Shown in pieces: positions 46,021 to 55,685 of a stretch of DNA of 64,000 nt; position 1 is the stretch's first letter; each line of letters starts with the position of its first letter. Position numbers and translations under genes: made by a program. The stretch lies in the NCBI GenBank assembly GCA_001593685.1, contig LUKI01000004.1, positions 47,668 through 111,667 on the forward strand, in the 5' to 3' direction. This DNA comes from Gammaproteobacteria bacterium F7. Its GTDB lineage: Bacteria > Pseudomonadota > Gammaproteobacteria > Pseudomonadales > IMCC2047. Below the pieces are notes generated by a model that was not told where the DNA came from, did no database searches, and was given only the letters and a program-made list of their open reading frames with translations.

Positions 46021-46800
46021 ATGAAGACGCTGTTTGGTCAGCAAGGTCGTTCAATAGTTCAGAATCAGGTTGACTGGCAACTCTGGCAGCAGCAGCCGCT
46101 GGGACAGTCATTGATTGAGCATGAGCGAACGTTATTGACACCATTGCTTGAAAGAAAACTCGGCGTACAGCTGTTACAGCTCAGTATTGCCGGTTGCGAG
46201 CCGCTATTTAGCCGCTGCTCGATACCACATCAAACCTTCGCACAAATAACCAGCAGTGGTAGTGATGTATCGCCGCATCCTAATTGCAACCTGTTGCTTG
46301 AACCCTGTTATTTGCCAATTGCCAATAACTCAATGGATGCGATTGTTCTGCACCACATACTGGAATACTCCCGTAATCCACACCAGATTTTACGTGAAGC
46401 CCACCGTGCACTGAACTCTGGCGGGCAGTTATTTGTGATGGCTTTTAATCCGTGGAGTTTGATGGGCGTACGTAAGCTGGTTTCACCGCTGAAAAGGGCG
46501 CCCTGGACCGGCAGCTATCGTTCCTGGATGAAACTTAATGACTGGTTAAATTTGCTTGGTTTTAAAGTTGAGCGCACACATTACGGCTTTTTTAGGGCAC
46601 CGCTGAATACCACTAAGGGCGACGGCAATAACAGCAAACTCGAACAGCTGGGTCGAAAATATAATTGCTTTTTTGGCAGCACCTATGCCATCGTTGCGCG
46701 CAAACAAACGGTCGGTATGACACCGCTCCATGAAATTAAATTGAAGCGGCGTGTTTTAACCTTTCCACTGACTGAACCAACGACACGCAACGTAAAGTGA
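46021..46800 (+). CDS. Class I SAM-dependent methyltransferase (YafS-like)
   Basis: L.HILEY..PHQILRE..R.L..GG and FNPWSL.G motifs; gloB/rnhA synteny. Confidence 0.85.
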   Translation: MKTLFGQQGRSIVQNQVDWQLWQQQPLGQSLIEHERTLLTPLLERKLGVQLLQLSIAGCEPLFSRCSIPHQTFAQITSSGSDVSPHPNCNLLLEPCYLPIANNSMDAIVLHHILEYSRNPHQILREAHRALNSGGQLFVMAFNPWSLMGVRKLVSPLKRAPWTGSYRSWMKLNDWLNLLGFKVERTHYGFFRAPLNTTKGDGNNSKLEQLGRKYNCFFGSTYAIVARKQTVGMTPLHEIKLKRRVLTFPLTEPTTRNVK

Positions 46801-46878
46801 TTTGATGGCTTTGCGCCGGGCTGATCGTTAAAGCGTTTTACTAATCATCCAAATTAATTAACTTCGAGAGCTGCTATT

Positions 46879-47331
46879 TTGTCTGCTTCAACAACCGTTG
46901 AAATATTTACCGATGGTGCCTGTAAGGGGAATCCAGGTCCAGGGGGCTGGGGAGCCCTATTACGCTATCAGGGAAAAGAAAAAACATTGTTTGGAGGAGA
47001 GCTTGATACCACCAACAACCGTATGGAAATGATGGCCGTGATCGAAGCGCTTCGCAGTCTTAAGCGTCCCTGTGATGTTATTCTCACCACCGACTCTGTA
47101 TATGTCAAAAATGGCATTACCAGCTGGATTTCAGGTTGGAAAAAAAAGGGTTGGAAAACCGCCGCTAAGAAACCGGTAAAGAATGTTGATTTATGGAAGC
47201 AGCTTGATGAAGAGTGTGCGAAACATACCATTGACTGGCATTGGGTAAAGGGTCACAGCGGCCATCGTGAAAATGAAATTGCTGATCAACTTGCCAATCA
47301 AGGGGTCGATCAGGTGTTGACACAGGGTTAG
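46879..47331 (+). CDS. rnhA: Ribonuclease HI
   Basis: [20 protein letters not shown] and WVKGHSG motifs; TTG start. Confidence 0.98.
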   Translation: MSASTTVEIFTDGACKGNPGPGGWGALLRYQGKEKTLFGGELDTTNNRMEMMAVIEALRSLKRPCDVILTTDSVYVKNGITSWISGWKKKGWKTAAKKPVKNVDLWKQLDEECAKHTIDWHWVKGHSGHRENEIADQLANQGVDQVLTQG

Positions 47332-47340
47332 TAAAAACTT

Positions 47341-48057
47341 ATGCGGCAAATTGTACTGGATACGGAAACCACAGGCCTTGAGGCTTCACAGGGGCATCGA
47401 ATTATTGAGATTGGCTGTGTGGAACTTATTGACCGAAAACTGACCGGGCGTCATTACCATCAATACATTAATCCGGAGCGAGACATTGATGATGGTGCTG
47501 CGGAAGTGCACGGTATCACCTCTGATTTCCTTGCAGATAAGCCGGTCTTTGCCGATATTGCCAACGAATTCCTGGCGTTTATTAAGGGCGCCGAGCTGGT
47601 TATTCACAACGCCCCCTTTGATGTTGGTTTCATTGATCATGAATTTCGCCTGCTGAATCAGGGGCATCCCAAGACCAGTGAAATTTGCGGCATCATTGAC
47701 ACCATCGTGATGGCCCGCAAAAAGCATCCAGGGCAAAAAAATAACCTGGATGCACTGTGTAAACGCTATGGTGTAGATAACTCCGCTCGAGATCTTCACG
47801 GCGCCTTGCTTGATGCCGAGATTCTTGCTGACGTTTATTTGCTGATGACGGGCGGCCAAACAGCCTTGATGTTGGGGGCTGATGAGCAGGCTGGTGGCGA
47901 AGCTGGGCAGATGGTTATTAACCGTGTCAGTGCTGAACGGCGACCACTAAAAGTAATTCGTGCCAGTGATGAGGAGTTGGTCGCACATAATGATAATTTA
48001 CAGGAGTTGGAGAAGGTCAGTGGGGACTGCCTGTGGCTCAAAATGGAGCAGAATTAA
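47341..48057 (+). CDS. dnaQ: DNA polymerase III epsilon subunit
   Basis: LDTETTG, HNAPFD and HGALLDAE exonuclease motifs. Confidence 0.98.
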   Translation: MRQIVLDTETTGLEASQGHRIIEIGCVELIDRKLTGRHYHQYINPERDIDDGAAEVHGITSDFLADKPVFADIANEFLAFIKGAELVIHNAPFDVGFIDHEFRLLNQGHPKTSEICGIIDTIVMARKKHPGQKNNLDALCKRYGVDNSARDLHGALLDAEILADVYLLMTGGQTALMLGADEQAGGEAGQMVINRVSAERRPLKVIRASDEELVAHNDNLQELEKVSGDCLWLKMEQN

Positions 48058-48089
48058 GTCTTTAGTACATTGATGTTGTTTGACGAAAT

Positions 48090-48126
48090 AAAAAAGCGCT
48101 GCAGTTGCCTGACAGCGCTTTTTTTT
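48090..48126. terminator. Bidirectional terminator between dnaQ and nhaB
   Basis: A6-GCGCTG...CAGCGC-T8. Confidence 0.85.
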
Positions 48127-48143
48127 GGTGCGAAGAGTAGTAC

Positions 48144-49646
48144 TTAAAGTAAATAGCTAACCCCTAAATAGCCAACAATTGAGAGTACGATGGTGTAGGG
48201 AAGAGCCATCAGCACCATGCGACCGTAGGATAAGCGGATTAAAGGTGCCAGTGCTGAGGTGAGCAGAAACAGGAAGGCTGCTTGACCATTTGGCGTCGCA
48301 ACACTGGGTAGGTTGGTGCCGGTATTAATTGAAATTGCCAGCAACTCAAAATGTTCACGGCTAATGGTGCCAGCATCAAAAGCTTGCTTCACTTCGTTGA
48401 TATAAACGGTAGCAACAAAAACGTTATCACTGATCGCCGACAGCACACCGTTGGCTATAAAAAACATACCGGGCTGAACCGCTTCATCCATTTCTAACAC
48501 AGCGGCAATGACAGGGTTGAAAAGGTGTTGCTCGTGAATGACCGCCACAATGGCAAAGAAAACAACCAGTAACGCCGTAAAGGGTAAGCCCTCCTCAAAG
48601 GACTTACCGATTTGATGTTCTTCGATGACACCATTCATTGCCGTAAGCAATACAATGACCGTTAATCCAATGACGCCAACTGCAGCCAGGTGAAGCGCTA
48701 ACGCCACGACGAGGAAAACGGCAACAGCAGCTTGTATGAATAACGTGGCTCTTTGGCGCTGTGTACGCTTGGCATCGTGCTCGGCGTCAACATTTTCTAA
48801 AATGCTGCGCACTTCTGCGGGCAATTTCTCACCGTAACCAAACCAGCCCGTTGCCTCCAATACAATCACGGTTAGCAAACCGGCAACAAGTACCGGCATG
48901 GTGACAGGCATCATGCGGACGAAGAATTCAATGAATTCCCAGCCGGCTACCTTGGCAATCAGCAGGTTTTGAGGTTCTCCAACCAAAGTACAAACGCCGC
49001 CCAGCGCGGTACCTACGGCACCATGCATCATTAAACTACGCAAAAAAGCACGGAATTTATCAAGATCTTCGCGGTGGTACTCATGCAGGCTTTTGTCAGA
49101 GTTATGATCGTGTTCGTGGGTGACCGGTTTACCAGAAGCGACCTTATGGTAGATGGTATAGAAACCAACACTGACGCTGATCAGCACCGCGGTTACTGTC
49201 AACGCATCCAAAAATGCAGATAAGATTGCTGCCACCAGAGAAAATAGCAGCGATAACGCCATTTTAGATTTCACCTTAATCAAAATTTTGGTGAAAACGT
49301 ACAGCAGCAGGTCCTTCATGAAATAAATGCCTGCCACCATAAAGATCAGTAGAAAAATTACTTCAATATTGGCAATGGCTTCGTTAAAAACAGCCTCGGT
49401 ACTGGTCATCCCCATGATAACAGCCTGAATAGCCAAGAGTCCGCCCGGTTGCAGGGGATAGCATTTCAATGCCATTGCCAGGGTGAAAATAAACTCTGCG
49501 ATCAATAACCAGCCGGTCACGAAAGGGCCCAATACCATTAAGCAAACAGGGTTCAGGAACAGGAAAGCAATGATGGCTTTTTTGTACCAAACGGGCGCGG
49601 TACCCAGAAAGTTACTCAGCAGGGCATGGGGTATGCTGTTTGACAT
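48144..49646 (-). CDS. nhaB: Na+/H+ antiporter NhaB
   Basis: [32 protein letters not shown] and [16 protein letters not shown] motifs. Confidence 0.97.
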   Translation of the reverse strand: MSNSIPHALLSNFLGTAPVWYKKAIIAFLFLNPVCLMVLGPFVTGWLLIAEFIFTLAMALKCYPLQPGGLLAIQAVIMGMTSTEAVFNEAIANIEVIFLLIFMVAGIYFMKDLLLYVFTKILIKVKSKMALSLLFSLVAAILSAFLDALTVTAVLISVSVGFYTIYHKVASGKPVTHEHDHNSDKSLHEYHREDLDKFRAFLRSLMMHGAVGTALGGVCTLVGEPQNLLIAKVAGWEFIEFFVRMMPVTMPVLVAGLLTVIVLEATGWFGYGEKLPAEVRSILENVDAEHDAKRTQRQRATLFIQAAVAVFLVVALALHLAAVGVIGLTVIVLLTAMNGVIEEHQIGKSFEEGLPFTALLVVFFAIVAVIHEQHLFNPVIAAVLEMDEAVQPGMFFIANGVLSAISDNVFVATVYINEVKQAFDAGTISREHFELLAISINTGTNLPSVATPNGQAAFLFLLTSALAPLIRLSYGRMVLMALPYTIVLSIVGYLGVSYLL

Positions 49647-49819
49647 TATGATTTTTCCGTAAAGATTGGTGTCTGATAGCAGGCGCCTCTAAGTACCTTT
49701 TTTGGTCGGTGCACTCTGAGGTTTGGCAGACTATTTTTTTGGGATTCAAGCCTTTGTGGCTATCGCGGCAGCTCGGCGAATCATACCTCACCTTGAGTAG
49801 ACCATGCAATTGATGTGGA

Positions 49820-50452
49820 TTAGCGATGGCTAGCCAAAAGAGCCTCGTAAAGGGCAACAATAATCCCCGCTGTCACGCCCCATATTTTCTCGCTTTGGTA
49901 CTCCGTGGAAAAATAACGACGCATCTCGTTATCGTAGAGAACCTCCTGCAATGAAAAATTGTCGGGAGACATTAAAAAGTTGAGTGGCACCGTCAGGGTG
50001 CGACTGACTTCGGAGGCATCCAGTGTTGGTGAAAAAGCATGTTTCACAAGGCCCACAACCGGCGTGACACAATAACCACTAACGGTATAGTAGTCGCCTA
50101 GCCGCCCCAGTAATTCAACATTGTGCTGCTCAAGGCCAATTTCCTCGTGACTTTCCCGTAGCGCGGTAGCTTCAAGTGAATTATCGACGCTTTCAATGCT
50201 GCCACCGGGAAAGCTGATCTGTCCCGGGTGGTGGCGGAGGTGTTCCGCACGCTGAGTGAGTAACAGCTGTAATTGTTGATCCTGCTGAATAATAGGAACG
50301 AGCACCGCGGCGCTGCGGTAACGGCCTTTAAAACGTGTTTTGAAGGCGACGGATTCAGGGTGTCGGATCGGTTCCACAGCAGAGCTGATATGCGCTCTAA
50401 AATGCCTGCGCAAAGAGGCTTGCGTGGGCTTTATCGCGGGGCGTTTAGACAC
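49820..50452 (-). CDS. nudL: CoA pyrophosphatase (NudL-like Nudix hydrolase)
   Basis: LLLTQRA.HLRHHPGQISFPGG, ALRESHEEIG and IWGVTAGI motifs. Confidence 0.9.
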   Translation of the reverse strand: MSKRPAIKPTQASLRRHFRAHISSAVEPIRHPESVAFKTRFKGRYRSAAVLVPIIQQDQQLQLLLTQRAEHLRHHPGQISFPGGSIESVDNSLEATALRESHEEIGLEQHNVELLGRLGDYYTVSGYCVTPVVGLVKHAFSPTLDASEVSRTLTVPLNFLMSPDNFSLQEVLYDNEMRRYFSTEYQSEKIWGVTAGIIVALYEALLASHR

Positions 50453-50489
50453 AATTCGATATTTCTAAGCTATGAAGTTATGTCGACGA

Positions 50490-51857
50490 TCAGGCGAGCC
50501 CTTCCATTAAATGAGATACTTTCACTAGTGTTTCTGAGTATTCTTTATCAGCATCGGAATCCGCGACGATACCGCCGCCACCCCAGCAATAGATATGGCC
50601 GTCATGGCAAACCAGCGTTCTAATTAAAATACTGCTATCCATGTTGCCGTTGCAGTCCAGGTAAGCAATGCTGCCGCAGTAGGCCGTACGCCGGTGCGGC
50701 TCCAGCTCTTCGATGATTTCCATGGCGCGTAATTTTGGCGCGCCGGTGATGGAGCCACCGGGAAAACTGCCTTCAAGCAAATCGACGGCATCTTTATCCG
50801 CGGCTAGTTTGCCTTGAATGGTGCTCACCATGTGATGCACATTCGAATAGCCCTCGATATCAAACAGCTTTGGTACCGAGACACTGCCCAGCTCGCAGGC
50901 TTTGCTGAGATCATTACGCAATAAATCAACAATCATCAGGTTTTCAGCGCGGTCCTTGGTGCTATTTTTGAGTAGCTGCGCATACTGGTGATCTTTTTCA
51001 GGGTCTTCGTCACGCGGGCGAGTACCTTTAATGGGTTTGGTCTCAACGCGCCCCTGACTGACTTCAATAAAACGTTCCGGTGATAGCGAAACCAGCGAGT
51101 AATCATCGGTTTGCATAAAGGCACTGAATGGTGCGTCTGTACGTTCGCTCAAACGTTGATAAGCAAACCACTCGTCGCCCTGATAGTCGGCCTTGAAACG
51201 CTGTGCAAGGTTCACCTGATAGCAGTCGCCTGCCTTAATGTAGTCAATAATGCGGTGATACTTGTCTTTATATTCAGCCACCGTCATATTGGAATCAAAC
51301 GTAGATTTCAGTTTGAAATCGTCCAATGGACTGGACTCTATATCTGAGGTGGCGAGCATCAGCATTGCTTCACGCTGTTGGATGGAACAGGCGGGGTGGG
51401 CAATAAAATAAGCCGTTTTAAGCTGGTGGTCACGGATTAGCGCCCAAAGGTAAATACCTACATCCATTAAGGGAATATCGATATCATTTTCGGCTGTGGT
51501 TGGCAGGTCTTCGATCACTCTGCCTAAGTCGTAGCTGAAATAACCCAGTGCACCTCCTTGGAAAGGGAGTTCAACCGTACCGCTGTCAGAGGGCCCCAGT
51601 TCAGCCAGTTGCTGCTTTAGTAGGTCAAAGGGATCAGCTGAGTGTTGTTCGACACCGGCGAGGGTTTTTAGCTGTGTACCCTGTTCGTTAGTGGTTAAGG
51701 TGGCGACAGGCGCGGCACTCATAATATCGAAGCGTTGTGTACCATTGCTATCAAAGCTACTGTCCAGCAGCACCGGTCTTGGTTGCTGACGGATGCGTTC
51801 GAATAGCTGCTGAGTGCTTAGCTGGTAAGGAATTGGTTGAATAAATAACTGTGCCAT
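50490..51857 (-). CDS. pabB: Aminodeoxychorismate synthase component I
   Basis: SPERF, PIKGTRPR, ENLMIVDLLRND and FPGGSITGAPK motifs; pabB-nudL synteny. Confidence 0.95.
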   Translation of the reverse strand: MAQLFIQPIPYQLSTQQLFERIRQQPRPVLLDSSFDSNGTQRFDIMSAAPVATLTTNEQGTQLKTLAGVEQHSADPFDLLKQQLAELGPSDSGTVELPFQGGALGYFSYDLGRVIEDLPTTAENDIDIPLMDVGIYLWALIRDHQLKTAYFIAHPACSIQQREAMLMLATSDIESSPLDDFKLKSTFDSNMTVAEYKDKYHRIIDYIKAGDCYQVNLAQRFKADYQGDEWFAYQRLSERTDAPFSAFMQTDDYSLVSLSPERFIEVSQGRVETKPIKGTRPRDEDPEKDHQYAQLLKNSTKDRAENLMIVDLLRNDLSKACELGSVSVPKLFDIEGYSNVHHMVSTIQGKLAADKDAVDLLEGSFPGGSITGAPKLRAMEIIEELEPHRRTAYCGSIAYLDCNGNMDSSILIRTLVCHDGHIYCWGGGGIVADSDADKEYSETLVKVSHLMEGLA

Positions 51858-51867
51858 AGCGTGACTA

Positions 51868-51909
51868 AAATTACTTTAAGTAATTTATAAAAATACCTTG
51901 TAAATTATT
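51868..51909. repeat. Overlapping AT-rich inverted repeats between the recombinase and pabB
   Basis: AAATTACTT-T-AAGTAATTT (51868-51886) and TAATTTATAA-AAATACC-TTGTAAATTA (51881-51907; 10-bp arms, 1 mismatch, 7-bp spacer). Confidence 0.6.
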
Positions 51910-51913
51910 GATA

Positions 51914-53167
51914 TTAAAACTCTGGTTTGATTGATTTGTTCTTCGCTGAACGGTGACGCTCACGCATTTCCACATCAATATACTTGTCCGTGATGGCGCT
52001 GGAGCCATGGCCTGCATCATCTCGAACATGCTCTCTGGGTCGCTGTTTTACATCGTCGGATATGCCTGTATGGCGTAGCCAGTGAACGGTCGCTGATCTG
52101 AGCAATTCAACTTCCGAATCATCGTGACCGTCCTTTTTCATGCGCATGATAGATTGATCGAAACAATATTTCACGATATTCCTGATCTGGCGTGTGCTGG
52201 TTATACCGCCACGCCCCCGGGTTTTGTGTATCAGAGGCGTGGGCTCGTTAGGTGAGGGCAGTGGTGATAGCCCCAGGAATTGGCGATAACGCTTAAGTGC
52301 TGCCAGCATGGCGTCACTGACTGAAATGTCGCGTTCTTTGTTACCTTTACCAACGGTAGTGAACCACCAGTTACCATCTAGATCCATATTGAAGTGCCCC
52401 ATCTGGGGTGCCCAGCGTTCGGTGGCCGTTAGCTCAGAAATACGCAGATACATGCCGTAAAGCGCCTGTACAACGAATAACGTACGCTCATGTGAAGTTG
52501 GATCATCGTTGGCCAGCATTTCTGCGGTTTCAACAACATAGGACCACTGCAACTCCGTTAAGCGGCGTATTTTATCTTTTTGTTGACGCTTGCGCAGGTA
52601 CTTGCTTTTTTGACGTATCAGTGCGACGGGGTTGGATTCAGAATATTCCTCTTGAATCAAATAGGTATAAAAGCTGCCAAGAATGGCGAAGATGGCCTGT
52701 AATGCTTTTGCTGAAAGCGCAAAATCCCGAGGGGCGTTATCAGGGGTTTGGCGAGTTTTCTTGGCGACAAAAGGGCGCCATTCGTCATTGGTGATCCGCT
52801 CTCCCTGTTTTTCAACGTAACGCGGCAGGGTTTTGCTGGCGATCCAGTTCAGCGGGGGTTGCTGGCAAAAATCGATATAGGATTCGATGTCTGTCCGTTT
52901 CAATTCGGTGAGTGAACATTGTTTTACAAACCAGCACCACTGTAACAGTCGCTCAACCTCACGGCGGTAAGCTGCGAAGGTGTCACGGCTACCACGATAA
53001 CTGTATAAAAAAGCCAGTGCGTGCTCGTAATCTGTATGGGCGCCTTTTACGCCGGAAGAAGCGATGTAAGGAGATACCGGACGCGCTTCACCCTGTATCA
53101 GTTCAACAAGGTTCTCCAGCGTATCAAATAAAGGCTGGGGCTGGATGTTATCGGCTTTTGCTGTCAT
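51914..53167 (-). CDS. Tyrosine recombinase/site-specific integrase (orphan)
   Basis: Catalytic set present: R (YLRISE), K (GKGNK), HxxR (HWLR), H (AGH), Y (TDKY); N-terminal helical core-binding region (YRREVERLLQW). Confidence 0.93.
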   Translation of the reverse strand: MTAKADNIQPQPLFDTLENLVELIQGEARPVSPYIASSGVKGAHTDYEHALAFLYSYRGSRDTFAAYRREVERLLQWCWFVKQCSLTELKRTDIESYIDFCQQPPLNWIASKTLPRYVEKQGERITNDEWRPFVAKKTRQTPDNAPRDFALSAKALQAIFAILGSFYTYLIQEEYSESNPVALIRQKSKYLRKRQQKDKIRRLTELQWSYVVETAEMLANDDPTSHERTLFVVQALYGMYLRISELTATERWAPQMGHFNMDLDGNWWFTTVGKGNKERDISVSDAMLAALKRYRQFLGLSPLPSPNEPTPLIHKTRGRGGITSTRQIRNIVKYCFDQSIMRMKKDGHDDSEVELLRSATVHWLRHTGISDDVKQRPREHVRDDAGHGSSAITDKYIDVEMRERHRSAKNKSIKPEF

Positions 53168-54067
53168 TTAAGGTTGTGAGCCTTTGCTTGATTGTAAGGC
53201 TTCGACTTCCTTTCGCATGACCGTAATGGCGCCATCTATGTGTACATCTCGCTGCGGAAAAGCAATAACGAGACCATGTTCATTAAACAGCTCTTCGATG
53301 CGAAAACGTAAATCACTGCGTACCAGGTTCAAGTCGCGTTCAACATTGGCGTTTATCCAGATGGCAAGATCAAAAATGAGCGCATTATCACCAAAGTCCT
53401 CAAAAATGACCGTCGGGGCTGGTTCCTTAAGTGCGGCATGGTGCTCTTCGCCAGCCTGGCGCATTAGTTCTACTACTTTTTTAACCGGCGAACCGTAGGC
53501 GACGCCAACACGAACTTTACAGCGCGTGAGCTTATCAACCAGTGTCCAGTTGACGACCATATTTTCGAGCAGGTGGCTGTTGGGCAGTAAAATGTGTACG
53601 CCGTCGACCCTGCGAATACGAGTAGAGCGTGTATTGATGGCTTCGACGGTACCGCGTAGATCTCCAATTTCAAGAAAGTCACCGATACGAATGGGACGTT
53701 CCCACATTAAAATCCAGCCACTGATGAAGTTGTTGATGATGTTTTGTGCACCAAAACCCACACCAATTGCCACGGCACCGGAGATAAAGGTGAACGCAGC
53801 CAGTGGGATATTCAGCATGCTCAGCAGTGCTAAAAAAAGTGTGATGAGCGCTACAATCATGTACGCTCTGGAAATGACCTGCACCAGGTCCGGAGTTAAA
53901 TGTTTGCGGCTCAAATAGCGGATTAATAAGCGAAAAGACCACCGCAGAAGAAGCAGGGCGGTTAAGATAAACACGACAACGGTGCCAATTTGCATCAGGG
54001 TGATGCTGCTTTCACCAAAGGTAATCAGTGGCTTTTGTATAAAGCTGAAAAAATTATCCATCGTCAT
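53168..54067 (-). CDS. Small-conductance mechanosensitive channel (MscS family)
   Basis: GVGFGAQNIINNFISG, PIRIGD, G.VE.I..RST and AFPQRDVH motifs. Confidence 0.93.
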   Translation of the reverse strand: MTMDNFFSFIQKPLITFGESSITLMQIGTVVVFILTALLLLRWSFRLLIRYLSRKHLTPDLVQVISRAYMIVALITLFLALLSMLNIPLAAFTFISGAVAIGVGFGAQNIINNFISGWILMWERPIRIGDFLEIGDLRGTVEAINTRSTRIRRVDGVHILLPNSHLLENMVVNWTLVDKLTRCKVRVGVAYGSPVKKVVELMRQAGEEHHAALKEPAPTVIFEDFGDNALIFDLAIWINANVERDLNLVRSDLRFRIEELFNEHGLVIAFPQRDVHIDGAITVMRKEVEALQSSKGSQP

Positions 54068-54094
54068 CGAGTTTCCCTACGCAGGAAGAAAAAA

Positions 54095-55081
54095 ATGATT
54101 CGTACATTGCTGGTAAGTATAAATCAGGTAGTTCAGGAAGGCTCTCAGGAGTTAGTAGAAAAGTGGCGTGAACAGCCAGATAGTTTTTTGTGGCTGGACT
54201 TTCAAAAGACACTGGATGAGCAAGATGTTGAACTCCTATCATCTTTTGGGTGCCATGAATTAGCCATCAAGGATGCTATGCGCAAACGCCATCCCGCTAA
54301 AGTTGAATACTTTGATGATAATACCTTTGTGCTATTTCGTGGCATTAATAGTATTGAGGATAAATTAACGCTCACGCCGCAACAAATTGGCTTTTTTATC
54401 GGCGAACGTTTCCTCATCACCATTCACAGTGGTCGTTCTATTAGTGTTGACCATTACTGGACAGAGAACCGGATACCTGAGCTGGTTTGTAATCCGATGA
54501 CACTGGCCAGTAATGTTATGCACTATGCCTGTGGACGTTATCTGGAGGTGGTGCTGGATTTTGAGGAGCAGCTGGCAGAAGCCGAAGATACGATGATGTC
54601 GCATGGCTCCGATGAGTTAATGAAAGAATTAGTTGCTTACCGCTCACAGTTAAGAAAATTAAAGCGGGTCTTCAGTTACCATGAAAAGCTTTCCGGGGTA
54701 TTGCTTGAGCGTCAATTGGAAAAAGAGTCTGAGTTTGTCTCTGCTACTGACGATGGCGAGCATTTAAAGCATACCTTGCGAGACCTGTTTGATCGTTGTG
54801 AACGACTGCATAGTTTGAGCGGCATGTACTATGAAATATGCGGAGACTTGATTGATGGTTACCTGTCGATCACATCGCATCAGCTGAACAACACCATGAA
54901 AATTCTAACCATTATCACCGCAATTTTTGTCCCTTTAAGTTTTTTGGCTGGTCTTTACGGTATGAATTTCGAGCATATTCCAGAGCTCCACTACCGTTAC
55001 GGTTATTACGTGTTGCTGGGCACCATGGGGACGATTGCCGCGGCGATGGTTTATTTCTTTAAACGCTATCGGTGGTTTTAA
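54095..55081 (+). CDS. CorA-family Mg2+/Co2+ transporter
   Basis: C-terminal GLYGMNF signature between two TM helices; ATG 54095 after AGGAAG. Confidence 0.93.
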   Translation: MIRTLLVSINQVVQEGSQELVEKWREQPDSFLWLDFQKTLDEQDVELLSSFGCHELAIKDAMRKRHPAKVEYFDDNTFVLFRGINSIEDKLTLTPQQIGFFIGERFLITIHSGRSISVDHYWTENRIPELVCNPMTLASNVMHYACGRYLEVVLDFEEQLAEAEDTMMSHGSDELMKELVAYRSQLRKLKRVFSYHEKLSGVLLERQLEKESEFVSATDDGEHLKHTLRDLFDRCERLHSLSGMYYEICGDLIDGYLSITSHQLNNTMKILTIITAIFVPLSFLAGLYGMNFEHIPELHYRYGYYVLLGTMGTIAAAMVYFFKRYRWF

Positions 55082-55141
55082 TTTGCTGTTATTTTAGCGC
55101 CGATTTTTACCCTACGATGAATACTGTTACTGGAAAGTAAA

Positions 55142-55606
55142 ATGGATCTTGCGCGTTTACAAAAGTTATTCAATCTGACCGTGAATGCCGTTTTTGGGCT
55201 TATCCTGGTTTTTATCATGATCGGTATCGGTATCGGTGCTGTGCAACTGATTAAGTCTGTTTGGGTGTTATTCAGCTTTGAGGGCATTACCGGGCATTAC
55301 ATTGATATTATTACCGATGTTCTGACGCTTTATGTGCTGGTTGAGCTATCACGCTCGTTGGTGGAATACTTCAGTAGTAGTCGATTAAGGCTAACCTTCA
55401 TTGTTGATGCGGCAATTATTTTCATTATTCGCGAAGTGCTCATCAACCTGTTTAAACATGATGCTAAACCTGAGTTGTTATATGCGATTTCCGCTTTTTT
55501 GTTGGTGTTAGGCGCAATACGTATTGCCAGTATCGTGGTCTTTCAGCGTGAAAAACAAATGGCTCAGGAATCGGAGGGGAGTGGCCCGGAGACACCCTCT
55601 CAATAG
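55142..55606 (+). CDS. Phosphate-starvation-inducible PsiE-like membrane protein
   Basis: 4 TM segments; DVL.L.VLVEL.RSLV.YF...IVDAAI.FIIRE pattern. Confidence 0.75.
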   Translation: MDLARLQKLFNLTVNAVFGLILVFIMIGIGIGAVQLIKSVWVLFSFEGITGHYIDIITDVLTLYVLVELSRSLVEYFSSSRLRLTFIVDAAIIFIIREVLINLFKHDAKPELLYAISAFLLVLGAIRIASIVVFQREKQMAQESEGSGPETPSQ

Positions 55607-55629
55607 AATAATGACCAGGCTTTATGTTG

Positions 55630-55680
55630 CTCAGTGAAGCCGTCGCCAAGCTTGAAAGCCTTGTGGCAGACTTCACTGAG
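55630..55680. repeat. Long imperfect hairpin between convergent psiE-like and hydrolase genes
   Basis: CTCAGTGAAG (55630-55639) pairs with CTTCACTGAG (55671-55680); partially paired interior; no U-tract. Confidence 0.6.
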
Positions 55681-55685
55681 TGTGC

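Noticed and set aside
53990-54094. N-terminal extension of the CorA ORF
   Set aside because: Would overlap mscS head-to-head; ATG 54095 has an RBS and a plausible N-terminus.
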